DNA of 64,000 bases, taken from contig OZ245838.1 of assembly GCA_965228735.1 (NCBI GenBank), forward strand, positions 3,395,997 through 3,459,996. The letters are read 5' to 3'. The notes beneath the pieces are model-generated. The model did no database searches and was not told the origin of the DNA. It saw nothing but the letters and a program-made list of their open reading frames with translations. This document shows, piece by piece, positions 18,399-28,318 of this stretch; position 1 is the first letter of the stretch; every line of letters starts with the position of its first letter. The position numbers and the translations under genes are program-made. The DNA comes from Planctomycetota bacterium (GTDB lineage: Bacteria; Planctomycetota; UBA1135; UBA2386).

Positions 18399-21283
18399 AC
18401 ATCAAGGGCTACACCGGGTGGCTCGTCGCCGTCTGCACGGTCACGGGACTCGCGATCGGCTCGGCGCTCGTGATGGGCTACCGCAGCCTCGACGAAGAAG
18501 CCCACCGGCTCGGCGCGGAGTCCCTCGCGATCAAGCAGGTCCACAGCCTCGACGACTACCTCGGCTTCTTCCTCCAGGCCTCCGACCAGGTGCTCAAGGA
18601 AGGCAGCAGCAGCGCCGTCAACACGGCCCTCCTGCACAAGGAACAGTTCGACGACCTCATCGACGGACTCGAGTTCGAACCGCTCGTTGCCGATCGCAGG
18701 GACCTGCTCGACGAGCTCCAGGGCGGCGTTGCGGCGATCCAGGAGTTGACCTGGGAGGGTGCGAAGCTCGACACCGCGGATCCCGGGCCAGAGCTCGAAC
18801 GGCTGTTCGAACGGCAGAACGCGATCGCGGGCCCGCTGCCCGACCTCGTCGCCGACCTCGTGACCCAGATGAACCGGCGCGCGCGCTACCACGAGGAGGA
18901 GCTCGCGGCCGCGCAGTCGTTCCTCGTCGTCCTGACGTGGATCGCGGCGGCGGCCTACCTCGCGATCGTGTTCATGACGTGGCTGTGGTCGGTGCAGACG
19001 ATGGTGCGCCCGATCGAGCAGCTCAGCGTCGCGGCGGAGCTCGCGACGCTCGACAACGACGCGTTCGAGGTCGAATCGAGCGGTCCCGAAGAGGTGCAGC
19101 GCCTCACGCGCAACATCTCGACGTTCGTCCGCACGCGCGCCGACTTCCTCGCGACGATGTCACACGAGCTGCGGACGCCGCTCAACGGCATCATCAACCT
19201 CAACGAGCTGATGCTCGAGACCCGGCTCGACGACGAACAACGCGAGCTCGTGCGGTCCGCGAAGACGGCCGGGGAGTCGCTGCTCGCGATCATCAACGAC
19301 ATCCTCGACTTCTCGAAGATCCAGGCCCGCAAGCTGCAGATCGAGCAGGCCGAGTTCGACGTTCGCGAGCTCGCCGACAGCGCGCTCGAGATCATCGTGT
19401 CGGAAGCTGCGAAGAAGGGGCTCACCGTGCTGGCCAGCGTGGCCGCCGACGTCCCAGCCGCGGTGGTAGGCGACCAGACGCGCCTGCGGCAGGTGCTCGT
19501 GAACCTGCTCAACAACGCGGTGAAGTTCACGACGACGGGCTCCGTCGCGCTGCGGATCGAGATCGCGAACGCAGCCGAAGGGACGGCACGGACCGACACC
19601 GCCGACGAGTCGGCAACCGCCGACTCGGCCGCGCACCAGGATGCGGTAACGTCGGCGGCCGACGGCGACGCGACCCCGACCACCGGCCTGCGGTTCACGA
19701 TTCAGGACACCGGCTGCGGCATTCCACCGAACGCGATCGACACGCTGTTCAAAGCGTTCCAGCAGGGCGACTCGTCGACGACGCGCAAGTTCGGCGGCAC
19801 CGGTCTCGGCCTCGCGATCTGTCGCGAGCTCTGTGCGCTGATGGGCGGCGAGATCGGCGTGGAGAGCGTCGTCGACGAGGGCTCGGAGTTCTGGTTCACG
19901 GTCGCCGTCGCGGCTCCGACCGCCGATACCGCAATCGAGGCCGCGACGACCACGGCAGCATTGCCCGAGGAAGTCAGAAACCGCCGGGTCCTCGTCGCAT
20001 CCAGGCACCCGACGCGGACCGAGGGCATCCTCGCCCAACTTACGGCGATCGGACTCCCGCGCTCGCAGGTCGCGACGTTCGAGAGCGACGGGGGTGAACT
20101 CGCCGAGCAACTCGCGGCGGACTCGCGCGCCTGGGTGCTGTTCGATCCGGAGGACCGCGCGTCGGCCGACCCCGACGAACTGCTTCGCACCATCGCCGGT
20201 CAGCGCAGCGGCGACAGCCGGATCGGCGTGCTGGAATGGCGGGTGCTGCGCGGGCCACGCAACGCGGCGCTGCCGAGCCACGCCGATCGCGTCCCGCTGG
20301 CGACTTCGCTCGCCGGGGTGGAGGACTGGCTGCGCGGCCGACTGGCAATCGACGCCGACGACGACACGCAATGCGACAGCGAGGACAGAACGCGCCGCGT
20401 GCTCGTCGTCGACGACAACCCGGTCAATCGTCGCATCGCGAGTTCGTTCCTCGAGCGGGCCGGCTTCGTCGTCACCTGCGCTGCGGACGGCCAGGAGGCG
20501 ATCGACCAGTTGCTCGAACGCGCCGCCGACGCCGTCCTCATGGACCGGCAGATGCCACGGCTCGACGGTCTCGAGGCGACACGCCGGCTGCGCGAACTCG
20601 AAGGTGGCGATCAGCTCGCGACGGACGGCAACGTCAGGCTGCCGATCATCGGCCTCACCGCGGGGTCCGCGGGCGACGAACTCGATGCCTGCCGCGACGC
20701 CGGCATGGACGACGTGCTGACCAAACCGTTCAAGGCTCGCGATCTCGTCGCTGCCGTGCGCCGCGCCATCGCCGCGCGACCGAACGCGGCAGCGGACCCG
20801 CGGACGGCTCCGGCCGGCGACGGGCCGGCTGCCGAGCCGAGCCACGGCCCGAGCGAACCCGCGGCGAGCGACCGGCGCACGGCGCTCGTCGTCGACGACA
20901 ACGCGATGAACCAACGCGTCGCGAAGGCCGTGATGCAGAAGGCCGGCTTCGACGTCGTCGTCGTCGACAACGGCCAGCTCGCGGTCGACTACCTCGCGGA
21001 CGGGCCGTGCGACATCGTGCTCATGGACTGCCAGATGCCCGTGCTCGACGGCTGGGAGGCCACGCGCGCGATCCGCGAACTCGAGGAGTTCGGCCGACTC
21101 GGTCCGGGCGTCCGTTCGCCGCTGCCGATCCTGGCGGTCACCGCGAACGCGATGGAGGGCGACCGCGAACGCTGCCTCGACGCAGGCATGAACGACCACA
21201 TCAGCAAGCCGATCAAACCGCGGGTCCTGCTCGCGGCCGTCGACAAGTACCTGCGCTCCGGCCGAGCCACCGCGCGCACCTGA
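18395..21283 (+). CDS. Hybrid sensor histidine kinase with two C-terminal receiver domains
   Basis: Two TM helices bracket a ~150-aa periplasmic region. HisKA (MSHELRTPLNGI), HATPase_c (GTGLGLAICRELCALMGGEIGVES), an intervening pseudo-receiver-like linker, then two REC domains (VLVVDDNPVNRRI...DAVLMDRQMP; ALVVDDNAMNQRV...DIVLMDCQMP). Start is inferred at TTG 18395; no in-frame ATG precedes TM1. Confidence 0.85.
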   Translation: MNIKGYTGWLVAVCTVTGLAIGSALVMGYRSLDEEAHRLGAESLAIKQVHSLDDYLGFFLQASDQVLKEGSSSAVNTALLHKEQFDDLIDGLEFEPLVADRRDLLDELQGGVAAIQELTWEGAKLDTADPGPELERLFERQNAIAGPLPDLVADLVTQMNRRARYHEEELAAAQSFLVVLTWIAAAAYLAIVFMTWLWSVQTMVRPIEQLSVAAELATLDNDAFEVESSGPEEVQRLTRNISTFVRTRADFLATMSHELRTPLNGIINLNELMLETRLDDEQRELVRSAKTAGESLLAIINDILDFSKIQARKLQIEQAEFDVRELADSALEIIVSEAAKKGLTVLASVAADVPAAVVGDQTRLRQVLVNLLNNAVKFTTTGSVALRIEIANAAEGTARTDTADESATADSAAHQDAVTSAADGDATPTTGLRFTIQDTGCGIPPNAIDTLFKAFQQGDSSTTRKFGGTGLGLAICRELCALMGGEIGVESVVDEGSEFWFTVAVAAPTADTAIEAATTTAALPEEVRNRRVLVASRHPTRTEGILAQLTAIGLPRSQVATFESDGGELAEQLAADSRAWVLFDPEDRASADPDELLRTIAGQRSGDSRIGVLEWRVLRGPRNAALPSHADRVPLATSLAGVEDWLRGRLAIDADDDTQCDSEDRTRRVLVVDDNPVNRRIASSFLERAGFVVTCAADGQEAIDQLLERAADAVLMDRQMPRLDGLEATRRLRELEGGDQLATDGNVRLPIIGLTAGSAGDELDACRDAGMDDVLTKPFKARDLVAAVRRAIAARPNAAADPRTAPAGDGPAAEPSHGPSEPAASDRRTALVVDDNAMNQRVAKAVMQKAGFDVVVVDNGQLAVDYLADGPCDIVLMDCQMPVLDGWEATRAIRELEEFGRLGPGVRSPLPILAVTANAMEGDRERCLDAGMNDHISKPIKPRVLLAAVDKYLRSGRATART

Positions 21284-21299
21284 CGAACCGGACCTAGAC

Positions 21300-24200
21300 A
21301 TGCCGAACCGTGACCACGATTCCAGAGAGCGCGATCCGAGAGACCGCGACGCCCAGCTCGAACGCGACGGCCAGGGCCCGATGCGCGCGCGCCTCGGCGG
21401 TGAGACGGTGGAGCCGCGCATCCTGCTCTCGGCAACCTGGCTCGTCGACATCATCACGACGCCACCACCCGACATCCTCGGGGTCACCGGCACCGATGGC
21501 GCGGACCGCCTCGTCGGCACGATCGGAGAGGACAGCATGTACGGGGGTGGCGGTGACGACGTGCTGGTGGTTCAGGACAACGACGATGGCGACGATGACG
21601 ATGACGACCGCAGCGTTCTCGACGGCGGGACCGGTCGCGACGTCGTCGACTTCGGCGCGTCCGCGGCCGGCACGACCATCGACCTGTCCGCCGGCACCGC
21701 GATCGGTGGCGGCGGTTCGACCACGCTGACCAACATCGAGGGCGCCTACGGCTCGTCGCACGCCGACGTGTTCGCGTTCGCTTCGGCGGCGGCCGGCGAC
21801 GAGTTCACCGTCGTCGGCAACGGCGGCCAGGACTTCCTCGACCTCCAGAAATACGACTCGAGCGCCGCCACGTTCGAGAACGGCGCGCTCGTGATCGACC
21901 TCGGCGGGGGCGAGTCGTTCCGGATCAACTACGACGAGGTCGAGCGGATCCAGTTCGGAGACGTGCTCGCGAAGGTCCTGACCGGCGACCACGTCAACAC
22001 GTCGTTCACGGGCGACGGTCTCTACGTGTTCGAGGACACCGCCTTCGCGCTGTCCTTCACGGGCGGCGGCGACCTCGACTGGCGGTTCGACGCGACGACG
22101 GACACGATCACGGTGAATGGGTCGGCCGGCGCGACGGCCGGCACGGAGCTCGTCATCGACGATCTGGGCCGGAGCCCGATCACGGTCTCGACGATCACCC
22201 TGAGCGAGAACCTGCGGGCGATCTCGAGCTCGGCCGACGTCGACAACCTCGATCTCAACGGCTTCGACGTCGACACCGTGACCGTCGGCAACGGCACGGG
22301 GACCATCGGCACGCTCGTCACGCCCACCATCGACAGCGACCTCTCGGTCAACGCCAACGTGACGACCGTCACGATCGCGGGCGACATCGACCGCGCGGTC
22401 ACGATCGGCGGCAACGTCGGCTCGATCGATGCGCAGACGATCAACGGCCCCCTCGCGATCTCCGGCGACGCCGGGACCCTGACCGCCGACACGATCAACG
22501 GCGACGTGACGATCAAGGGCGACCTCGGGAGCGCCACCGTCACGACGTTCCAGACCTCGGCCACGCTGCGGGTCGACAACCCGACGGGTATCGTCAACCT
22601 CACGTTCGGCGGCAGCGACCGCAGCTTCGACACCGGCGACGAGCCGTTCGTCTACCGCGCGGCGGTCGACGCGTTCAACCTCGTGCCGATCGCTCTCGCC
22701 GGCAGCGACCAGGTCGTGCAGGAAGGCGACGCCGTCGGGCTCGACGGCCGCGGCTCGACCGATCCGAAGACCACCGGCCTGACCTACCGCTGGACGCAGG
22801 TGTCCGGGCCGGCCGTCACGCTGATCGACGGCGACACCGCGACGCCGCGCTTCACGGCTCCCGAGGGCCTCGTGAACACCACGATCGAGTTCGAGCTCCA
22901 GGTCGACGACGGCGAGGACGTCGCGGTCGATCGCGTCGTCGTGACCGTCCAGGCCGACAACGACGCCCCGATCGCGAACGCGGGCACCGACCGCATCGTG
23001 GCCGAAGGGAACGCGACCGCGTTGGACGGCCGCGGCAGCGTCGACCCCGAGGCTCAGGGCCTGACCTACTCGTGGCGGCAGATCAGTGGCCCGCCCGTGA
23101 CGCTCGTCAACCCGACGGCCGCGGTCACCGGCTTCGTCGCGCCCGAGGGCCTCGCCAACTCCGTCGCACAGTTCGAACTCACGGTCTCGGACGGCGCATC
23201 CGCGAGCGTCGACACCGTGTCGGTCATCATGCTCGCCGACAACGACGCTCCGACCGCGAACGCGGGCGCGGACCAGACGGTCGACGAGGGCGACACGATC
23301 GTCCTCGACGGCAGCGGCAGCACCGATCCCGAGAACGGCACGCTGAGCTACGCGTGGCAACAGGTCTCGGGCCCGCCGGTCCAGATCGTGGCGGCCGACC
23401 AGCCGCTCGCGCAGACCGACGCCGACGGGTCGTCGTTCACGACGTTCACCCGGACGGCCGACGGGCGCGTGCACTTCATCGCGCCGGAAGGCCTGAGCAA
23501 CACGACGGCCACGTTCCGGCTCATCGTCGACGACGGCACGACGCGCAGCATAGACACCGTGACCATCACGATCCGCGCCGACGACGACGCTCCGACCGTC
23601 GACGCCGGCCCCAACCGCCAGATCACCGCGGGCGAAGTCGTGAAGCTCGCGGCCGACGGGCGCGACCCGGAGAACCAGCCGCTGAGCTACCGCTGGGTGC
23701 AGCTGTCGGGCCCCACGGTCACGCTGTCCGACCCCACCGCGGAGTCACCGACGTTCCAGGTGCCGACCGGCCACACGGGCGAGATGGTCGTGTTCGGGGT
23801 GCAGGCCTCGGACGGCACGTCGACCTCGTTCGACACGGTCGCGATGCGGATCGAGAACTCGCCCCCGGTCGTCGTCGCCGGCAGCGCGGGCAACGCCGAG
23901 TCGGGTGAATCGGTCGGACTCTCGGCCTTCGCTCAGGACGTCGACGGCGACGACCTCACCTACCGCTGGACGCAGGTCGGTGGGCCGAGCGTCAACCTCG
24001 CGGGCACGGACCTGCCGAACGCGACGTTCCAGGCCCCCGAGGTCTCGGGCACGACGCAGCTGCGCTTCCAGATCGAGGTCAACGACGGCCAGACGACGAC
24101 GGTCCAGTTCGTCACCGTCGAGGTCGAACCCGAATCGGCGGCGAACTCCAAGACGCCGGGCGGCCCGGTCGCGACGCCCGTCGGCGTGGTGTCGCCGGGC

Positions 24201-24947
24201 GAACCCGAACCCGAACCCGATCCGGGGGCGGGCTCGAGCGGCAACGCCGGGACGACCGCGAACGAAGGCTCGCCGCCAACGACGGGCACGACCACGACCG
24301 GCTCGACCACGACGAGCGAACCGGACGACGCCGACCCGGCGGCCGATGCCCTCGACCCGTTCGACAACGGTCTCCTCGCGTCGCCGTCCGACGCCGCCGA
24401 CGCCGACGCCGACGCGCTGCGTTCCGCCGGCGACGACCGCGCGAGCGACGACCAGACGGCGAACGATGCCACGGCCGACGACGATCTGGCTGCGAACGCC
24501 ACCGTCGATGCCGACGCCCAGACGCTGGCGGACGACGCACCGATCCTCGCGCTCGCGGGCTCCGAGGTGGAGCTCGAGTCGTTCTTCCTCGCCCAGGACA
24601 CCGCGGAACCGACGCAGGTGACCTGGACGCAGCTCTCGGGCACGGCGGTCGACTTCGCGAGCGAGGGCGCGCAGCTCAGGATCCAGCTGCCGGAGTCGTT
24701 CACCGCCGAGGAGCTGGTCTTCGAGGTCGAGATGATGATCGACGGCGAGATCCGCGTGCAGGAGATCACCGTCGCGGTGCAGCCGGTCGACGCGGAGCAG
24801 CGCACCAACGCGACGCCGAAGTTGCCGGAGCGCCAACTCGCGGACCTCGACAACCCGACCGACAGCGAGTCGCGCGGCGTCGGCAAGCTCTGGGCCGCGC
24901 TCGTCGCGTTCACGAGCGCCGGGCCCACCCGACTGCCGAGGAGCTGA
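21300..24947 (+). CDS. Giant RTX-like calcium-binding, PKD/Ig-repeat adhesin-like protein with no N-terminal signal peptide
   Basis: N-terminal charged leader without a signal peptide. GGxGxD nonapeptide-like repeats (GTDGADRLVGT, YGGGGDDVLVV, DGGTGRDVVDF). Six ~95-aa repeats of the ANAGxDxxVxEGxxVxLDGxGSxDPE...LxYxWxQxSGPxVTL type (PKD/K319L-like). Acidic Ala/Asp/Thr-rich C-terminal region. Starts 17 nt after the HK stop. Confidence 0.75.
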   Translation: MPNRDHDSRERDPRDRDAQLERDGQGPMRARLGGETVEPRILLSATWLVDIITTPPPDILGVTGTDGADRLVGTIGEDSMYGGGGDDVLVVQDNDDGDDDDDDRSVLDGGTGRDVVDFGASAAGTTIDLSAGTAIGGGGSTTLTNIEGAYGSSHADVFAFASAAAGDEFTVVGNGGQDFLDLQKYDSSAATFENGALVIDLGGGESFRINYDEVERIQFGDVLAKVLTGDHVNTSFTGDGLYVFEDTAFALSFTGGGDLDWRFDATTDTITVNGSAGATAGTELVIDDLGRSPITVSTITLSENLRAISSSADVDNLDLNGFDVDTVTVGNGTGTIGTLVTPTIDSDLSVNANVTTVTIAGDIDRAVTIGGNVGSIDAQTINGPLAISGDAGTLTADTINGDVTIKGDLGSATVTTFQTSATLRVDNPTGIVNLTFGGSDRSFDTGDEPFVYRAAVDAFNLVPIALAGSDQVVQEGDAVGLDGRGSTDPKTTGLTYRWTQVSGPAVTLIDGDTATPRFTAPEGLVNTTIEFELQVDDGEDVAVDRVVVTVQADNDAPIANAGTDRIVAEGNATALDGRGSVDPEAQGLTYSWRQISGPPVTLVNPTAAVTGFVAPEGLANSVAQFELTVSDGASASVDTVSVIMLADNDAPTANAGADQTVDEGDTIVLDGSGSTDPENGTLSYAWQQVSGPPVQIVAADQPLAQTDADGSSFTTFTRTADGRVHFIAPEGLSNTTATFRLIVDDGTTRSIDTVTITIRADDDAPTVDAGPNRQITAGEVVKLAADGRDPENQPLSYRWVQLSGPTVTLSDPTAESPTFQVPTGHTGEMVVFGVQASDGTSTSFDTVAMRIENSPPVVVAGSAGNAESGESVGLSAFAQDVDGDDLTYRWTQVGGPSVNLAGTDLPNATFQAPEVSGTTQLRFQIEVNDGQTTTVQFVTVEVEPESAANSKTPGGPVATPVGVVSPGEPEPEPDPGAGSSGNAGTTANEGSPPTTGTTTTGSTTTSEPDDADPAADALDPFDNGLLASPSDAADADADALRSAGDDRASDDQTANDATADDDLAANATVDADAQTLADDAPILALAGSEVELESFFLAQDTAEPTQVTWTQLSGTAVDFASEGAQLRIQLPESFTAEELVFEVEMMIDGEIRVQEITVAVQPVDAEQRTNATPKLPERQLADLDNPTDSESRGVGKLWAALVAFTSAGPTRLPRS

Positions 24948-25036
24948 GATGCCGACACGGCCGCAGCATGACGACTTCGGGAAAACCACGAACTCGGGGA
25001 TGACCCAGGGTCGATGAGTCAGGTGGGGAAAACACG

Positions 25037-25930
25037 ATGACGAGCAGACTTGGATTCCTGGGATGCGGCGCCGTTCTGACGGTGCTCGGTTGGCCCGGTG
25101 AGTGGAACGCCACGCCGGCCCCCACGGCGCCGCCGGTGTCGCGACCGCTGATCGGCGTCACGGTCCCGAGCCAGGTCGCGCAGGTCGCGCCCGAACAGGC
25201 CGGCAAGATCGTCGACATGCCGTTCAAGGCCGGTGATCGCGTCACGCGCGACCAGGTGCTCTTCCGGCTCAACTCGACGCTGCAGGAACTCGAGGTCGAA
25301 CGGCTGCGGCCACTCGCGGAGTCGGATCTCGTCGTCCGGCGCGCGACGGCCGAGCTCGCACACGAGCGGCAGAAGACGGCGCGGTTGCGCGACCTCGAGG
25401 ACCAGGAGATCACGAGCGCCGCCGACCTGCTCGATCAGGTCCACCGCGAGACCGTCGCCGAGCTCAAGCTGCAGCAGGCCCGGATCGAACAGGGCCAGGC
25501 TCGAAACCGCCTCGCGCAGGCGATCGAGCGGCTGGAGCAACAGTCCGTTCGCAGCCCGTTCGACGGCATCGTGACCCTGCGCATGAAGAGCGCGGGCGAG
25601 AGCGTCGAACGCTTCGTCCCCGTGCTCGAGGTGATGAGCTTCGATCCGCTGTGGATCGAGTTCGATTGCCCGACGCACCGCATCCGCGAGTTCGAAGCCG
25701 GCACCCGCATCGAGGTCACGCCGGCACGCCAGCCGGACGAGAAGCGCACGGCCGTGGTCGAGTTCGTCTCGCCCAAGGGCAACGCGGCGAGCCACACGCT
25801 GATGGTGCGCGCGACCCTGAGGAATCCGAGCGGCGCCGAGTCGTGGGGCTCCGGACTCAAGGTCCTCGTCCAACGACTGGAGCAACCGACCGGCCAACCG
25901 GCGGCCCGCCCGGCCCGACCCGGCAAGTGA
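25037..25930 (+). CDS. HlyD-family periplasmic adaptor (membrane fusion protein)-like
   Basis: N-terminal signal/anchor. Biotin-lipoyl-like hairpin (DMPFKAGDRVTRDQVLFRLNS) and coiled-coil followed by a beta-barrel segment (VRSPFDGIVTLRMKSAGESV), typical of HlyD/RND adaptors. Confidence 0.7.
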   Translation: MTSRLGFLGCGAVLTVLGWPGEWNATPAPTAPPVSRPLIGVTVPSQVAQVAPEQAGKIVDMPFKAGDRVTRDQVLFRLNSTLQELEVERLRPLAESDLVVRRATAELAHERQKTARLRDLEDQEITSAADLLDQVHRETVAELKLQQARIEQGQARNRLAQAIERLEQQSVRSPFDGIVTLRMKSAGESVERFVPVLEVMSFDPLWIEFDCPTHRIREFEAGTRIEVTPARQPDEKRTAVVEFVSPKGNAASHTLMVRATLRNPSGAESWGSGLKVLVQRLEQPTGQPAARPARPGK

Positions 25931-25970
25931 GCCCGAGCGCGCACCGCCAGGAGAACACCGAAGAACTGCC

Positions 25971-26399
25971 ATGAACGACCGCCACGAACCCGAAGGCTCG
26001 ATCGACGAGCTGCTCGACGATCTCGAGATCCGCTGCGCCACGGGCGTCGGCGCGGCTCGCCACGTGTCCTCCTCGCGGCGTCGGATGGCGATCGCGATCC
26101 GCCCCGGCAACGTCCACGAACGCGGGAGCGCGAACCCGGCCATCGCCGGTGAGAGCACCGAGTTCCGACGCCAGGGACTGACCCTGCGAACGGCACGCCC
26201 GCTGATGGTCGGCGACATCTTTCACCTGACGTTCGACGCGCCCGACTACGACGTCGCGCCGGTCCTCGCGATGTGCGAGCGCTGCTCGATGCTCGGGACG
26301 GACTCGTTCGAAGTGCGCTTCCTGCTCGTGCGCGAGCCCGACCTACCGGAGCCACAACCGTTCGCCCCGGCGGGCACGGACGACGAGCTCGACTCGTAG
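25971..26399 (+). CDS. Small PilZ-like (putative c-di-GMP-binding) protein
   Basis: 142 aa. Arg cluster (SSSRRRMAIAIR) followed ~10 residues later by an NxAxxG variant of the DxSxxG motif (NPAIAG). Weak; domain assignment by motif only. Confidence 0.45.
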   Translation: MNDRHEPEGSIDELLDDLEIRCATGVGAARHVSSSRRRMAIAIRPGNVHERGSANPAIAGESTEFRRQGLTLRTARPLMVGDIFHLTFDAPDYDVAPVLAMCERCSMLGTDSFEVRFLLVREPDLPEPQPFAPAGTDDELDS

Positions 26400-26437
26400 C
26401 ACGAAGAACCGCCGGCGGCCATCCCACACGAACGACA

Positions 26438-28303
26438 GTGACCGATACCGAACAGACCACACCGCGGCCAGCAAGCGGCAACGCGCTGAGCCTGACGGCG
26501 CTGCAGTGCGACCTGCGCACGCTGCTGGCCAACCGGCCGACGAACCGTGCTCTGCTCGGCGTCCTGCAGCACATCGGCGACCGGCTCGGCGCGGTCTACG
26601 CCGTCGTGCACGCTCGGCTCGGCGTCCATCTGTTGTCGGAGGAGTGGCAACCGCCGCGGAACGAAATCGACAGCGACGCTCGCGACTTCGTGAACTCGCG
26701 GTTGTGGGAAGCGATCTCGGCCGAGGAAGCGCTGTGCACCCGGGTCCCCGGCGGCGGCGTGCTGATCGCCGCGATCATGTACGACGGCGACATCGAGCCG
26801 TCGGGCGGTGCCGGCATCGTCGTCGAGGACTGCGACAAGCAGGAGGCGATGCTGATCCTCGCGCAGCTCGAGGGCGTGCTCGGCTTCCTGTCCCTGCTGC
26901 TCGGCGAGCGCATCACGGACTCGACGCAGCTCGCCGAACGCCGCGCGATCGAACCGCACGCGGCCGCCAGTCACCCGACGCGCCTCGCCTACGCCGTCAT
27001 CAGCGAGGTCGAAGCGCGCTACGGCTGCGACCTCACGGCGATCGGCTTCGTGAACGGCAACCGCGTCGAGGTGGCGGCCGTCAGCGGCGTCGAAGAACTG
27101 CGACAGGCCAACCCCGGCGTCGCCGTGCTGCGGGCGGCGATGGAGGAGTGCCGCGATCGCGGCGCTCCGATCGTCTGCGCGCCGAACGCCCGCGGCGCAG
27201 GCGGCGGCGGCGAGGGCGACGAAGTGAACGACGACTGCCGCCTGCACGCGCAGTGGAGCGCGGCGAACAACGGCAACGCCGTCGCGTCACTGCCGTTGAT
27301 CTCGATGAACGAGGTCGTCGCCGTAGTCTCGATGGCCCAGGGTGCGGGCACGCAGCTGACTGCCGCCCAGATCGAGCTCATCGCGGAGGAGCTGTCGGGC
27401 TACGCCGACCTCGTGCCGCTGACGCGCTCCGCCGCGCGCGGCCTCGTCGCGCACACCCGCGACGCGGTCCGGGACGGGCTCCGGCGCCTGTTCGCGCCGG
27501 GCGGCCGCCGGCTGCTCGCGATGCTGTTGATGTTCGCGGGACTGTCGACCTGGCTCGCGATGGGCACGCTCCACCACACGTTCACGGTGCCGTGCGTCGT
27601 GAAGGCCAAGGAACGGCGAACGATCGCGTGTCCGCGCAACGGCGTGCTGACGGAGCTGTTCGCGCAACCGGGCGACCGGGTGCGGGCGGGCCAGTTGCTC
27701 GCCGCGCTCGACGCGAACGAGGAGTTCCTGCGCCGCGCCGAGCTCACGGCCGAGATCGAGTCGCTCGACGCGCTCATCGACGCGGCCGTCGCGGACCGCG
27801 CAGCCGGCCAGCTGCGCGTGCACGAGGCCAAGCGGCAGAGCGTCGCCGCCGAGCTCGCCGTCGTCGACGAACGGATCGGCCAGTCGCAGATCCGGGCGCC
27901 GCAAGACGGCCTCATCCTCGAGGGCGATCTCCGCGAGAGCCTCGGCGGGCGCATCAAGATGGGCGAGCCGCTGTTCGAGCTGGCCCGCTACGACCAGGCG
28001 TCGATCGAGCTGCGCATCCCCGAACGGCTCGTTCTCGCGGCCCTTGATCAGGTCGCGGTCGAGTTCGCCCCGACCGCGCGCCCGAGCGACGCGCTGGCCG
28101 TCAGCGAGCTTCGCATCGCGCCGGCCAGCACGGTGCTCGAAGGCACGAACGTGTTCCTCGGCGAAGGCACGGTCCCCATCGACCTCGGCGCGCTGCCGCC
28201 GGGGATGGAGGGCACCGCCCTGATCGACGCCGGTCCGCGCTCGGCCTGGTGGGTGCTCACCCACCGCGTCACCGACTGGCTGCGGCTCAACTTCTGGCTG
28301 TGA
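26438..28303 (+). CDS. HlyD-like adaptor with a large N-terminal cytoplasmic GAF-like domain
   Basis: N-terminal ~400 aa soluble region (GAF-like fold inferred), a single TM (LLAMLLMFAGLSTWLAMG), then HlyD-like lipoyl hairpin (LFAQPGDRVRAGQLLAALD), coiled coil and beta-barrel (IRAPQDGLILEGDL). Start taken at GTG ~26438 (VTDTEQ); uncertain. Confidence 0.6.
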   Translation: MTDTEQTTPRPASGNALSLTALQCDLRTLLANRPTNRALLGVLQHIGDRLGAVYAVVHARLGVHLLSEEWQPPRNEIDSDARDFVNSRLWEAISAEEALCTRVPGGGVLIAAIMYDGDIEPSGGAGIVVEDCDKQEAMLILAQLEGVLGFLSLLLGERITDSTQLAERRAIEPHAAASHPTRLAYAVISEVEARYGCDLTAIGFVNGNRVEVAAVSGVEELRQANPGVAVLRAAMEECRDRGAPIVCAPNARGAGGGGEGDEVNDDCRLHAQWSAANNGNAVASLPLISMNEVVAVVSMAQGAGTQLTAAQIELIAEELSGYADLVPLTRSAARGLVAHTRDAVRDGLRRLFAPGGRRLLAMLLMFAGLSTWLAMGTLHHTFTVPCVVKAKERRTIACPRNGVLTELFAQPGDRVRAGQLLAALDANEEFLRRAELTAEIESLDALIDAAVADRAAGQLRVHEAKRQSVAAELAVVDERIGQSQIRAPQDGLILEGDLRESLGGRIKMGEPLFELARYDQASIELRIPERLVLAALDQVAVEFAPTARPSDALAVSELRIAPASTVLEGTNVFLGEGTVPIDLGALPPGMEGTALIDAGPRSAWWVLTHRVTDWLRLNFWL

Positions 28304-28318
28304 CGCGGAACTCTTGAG

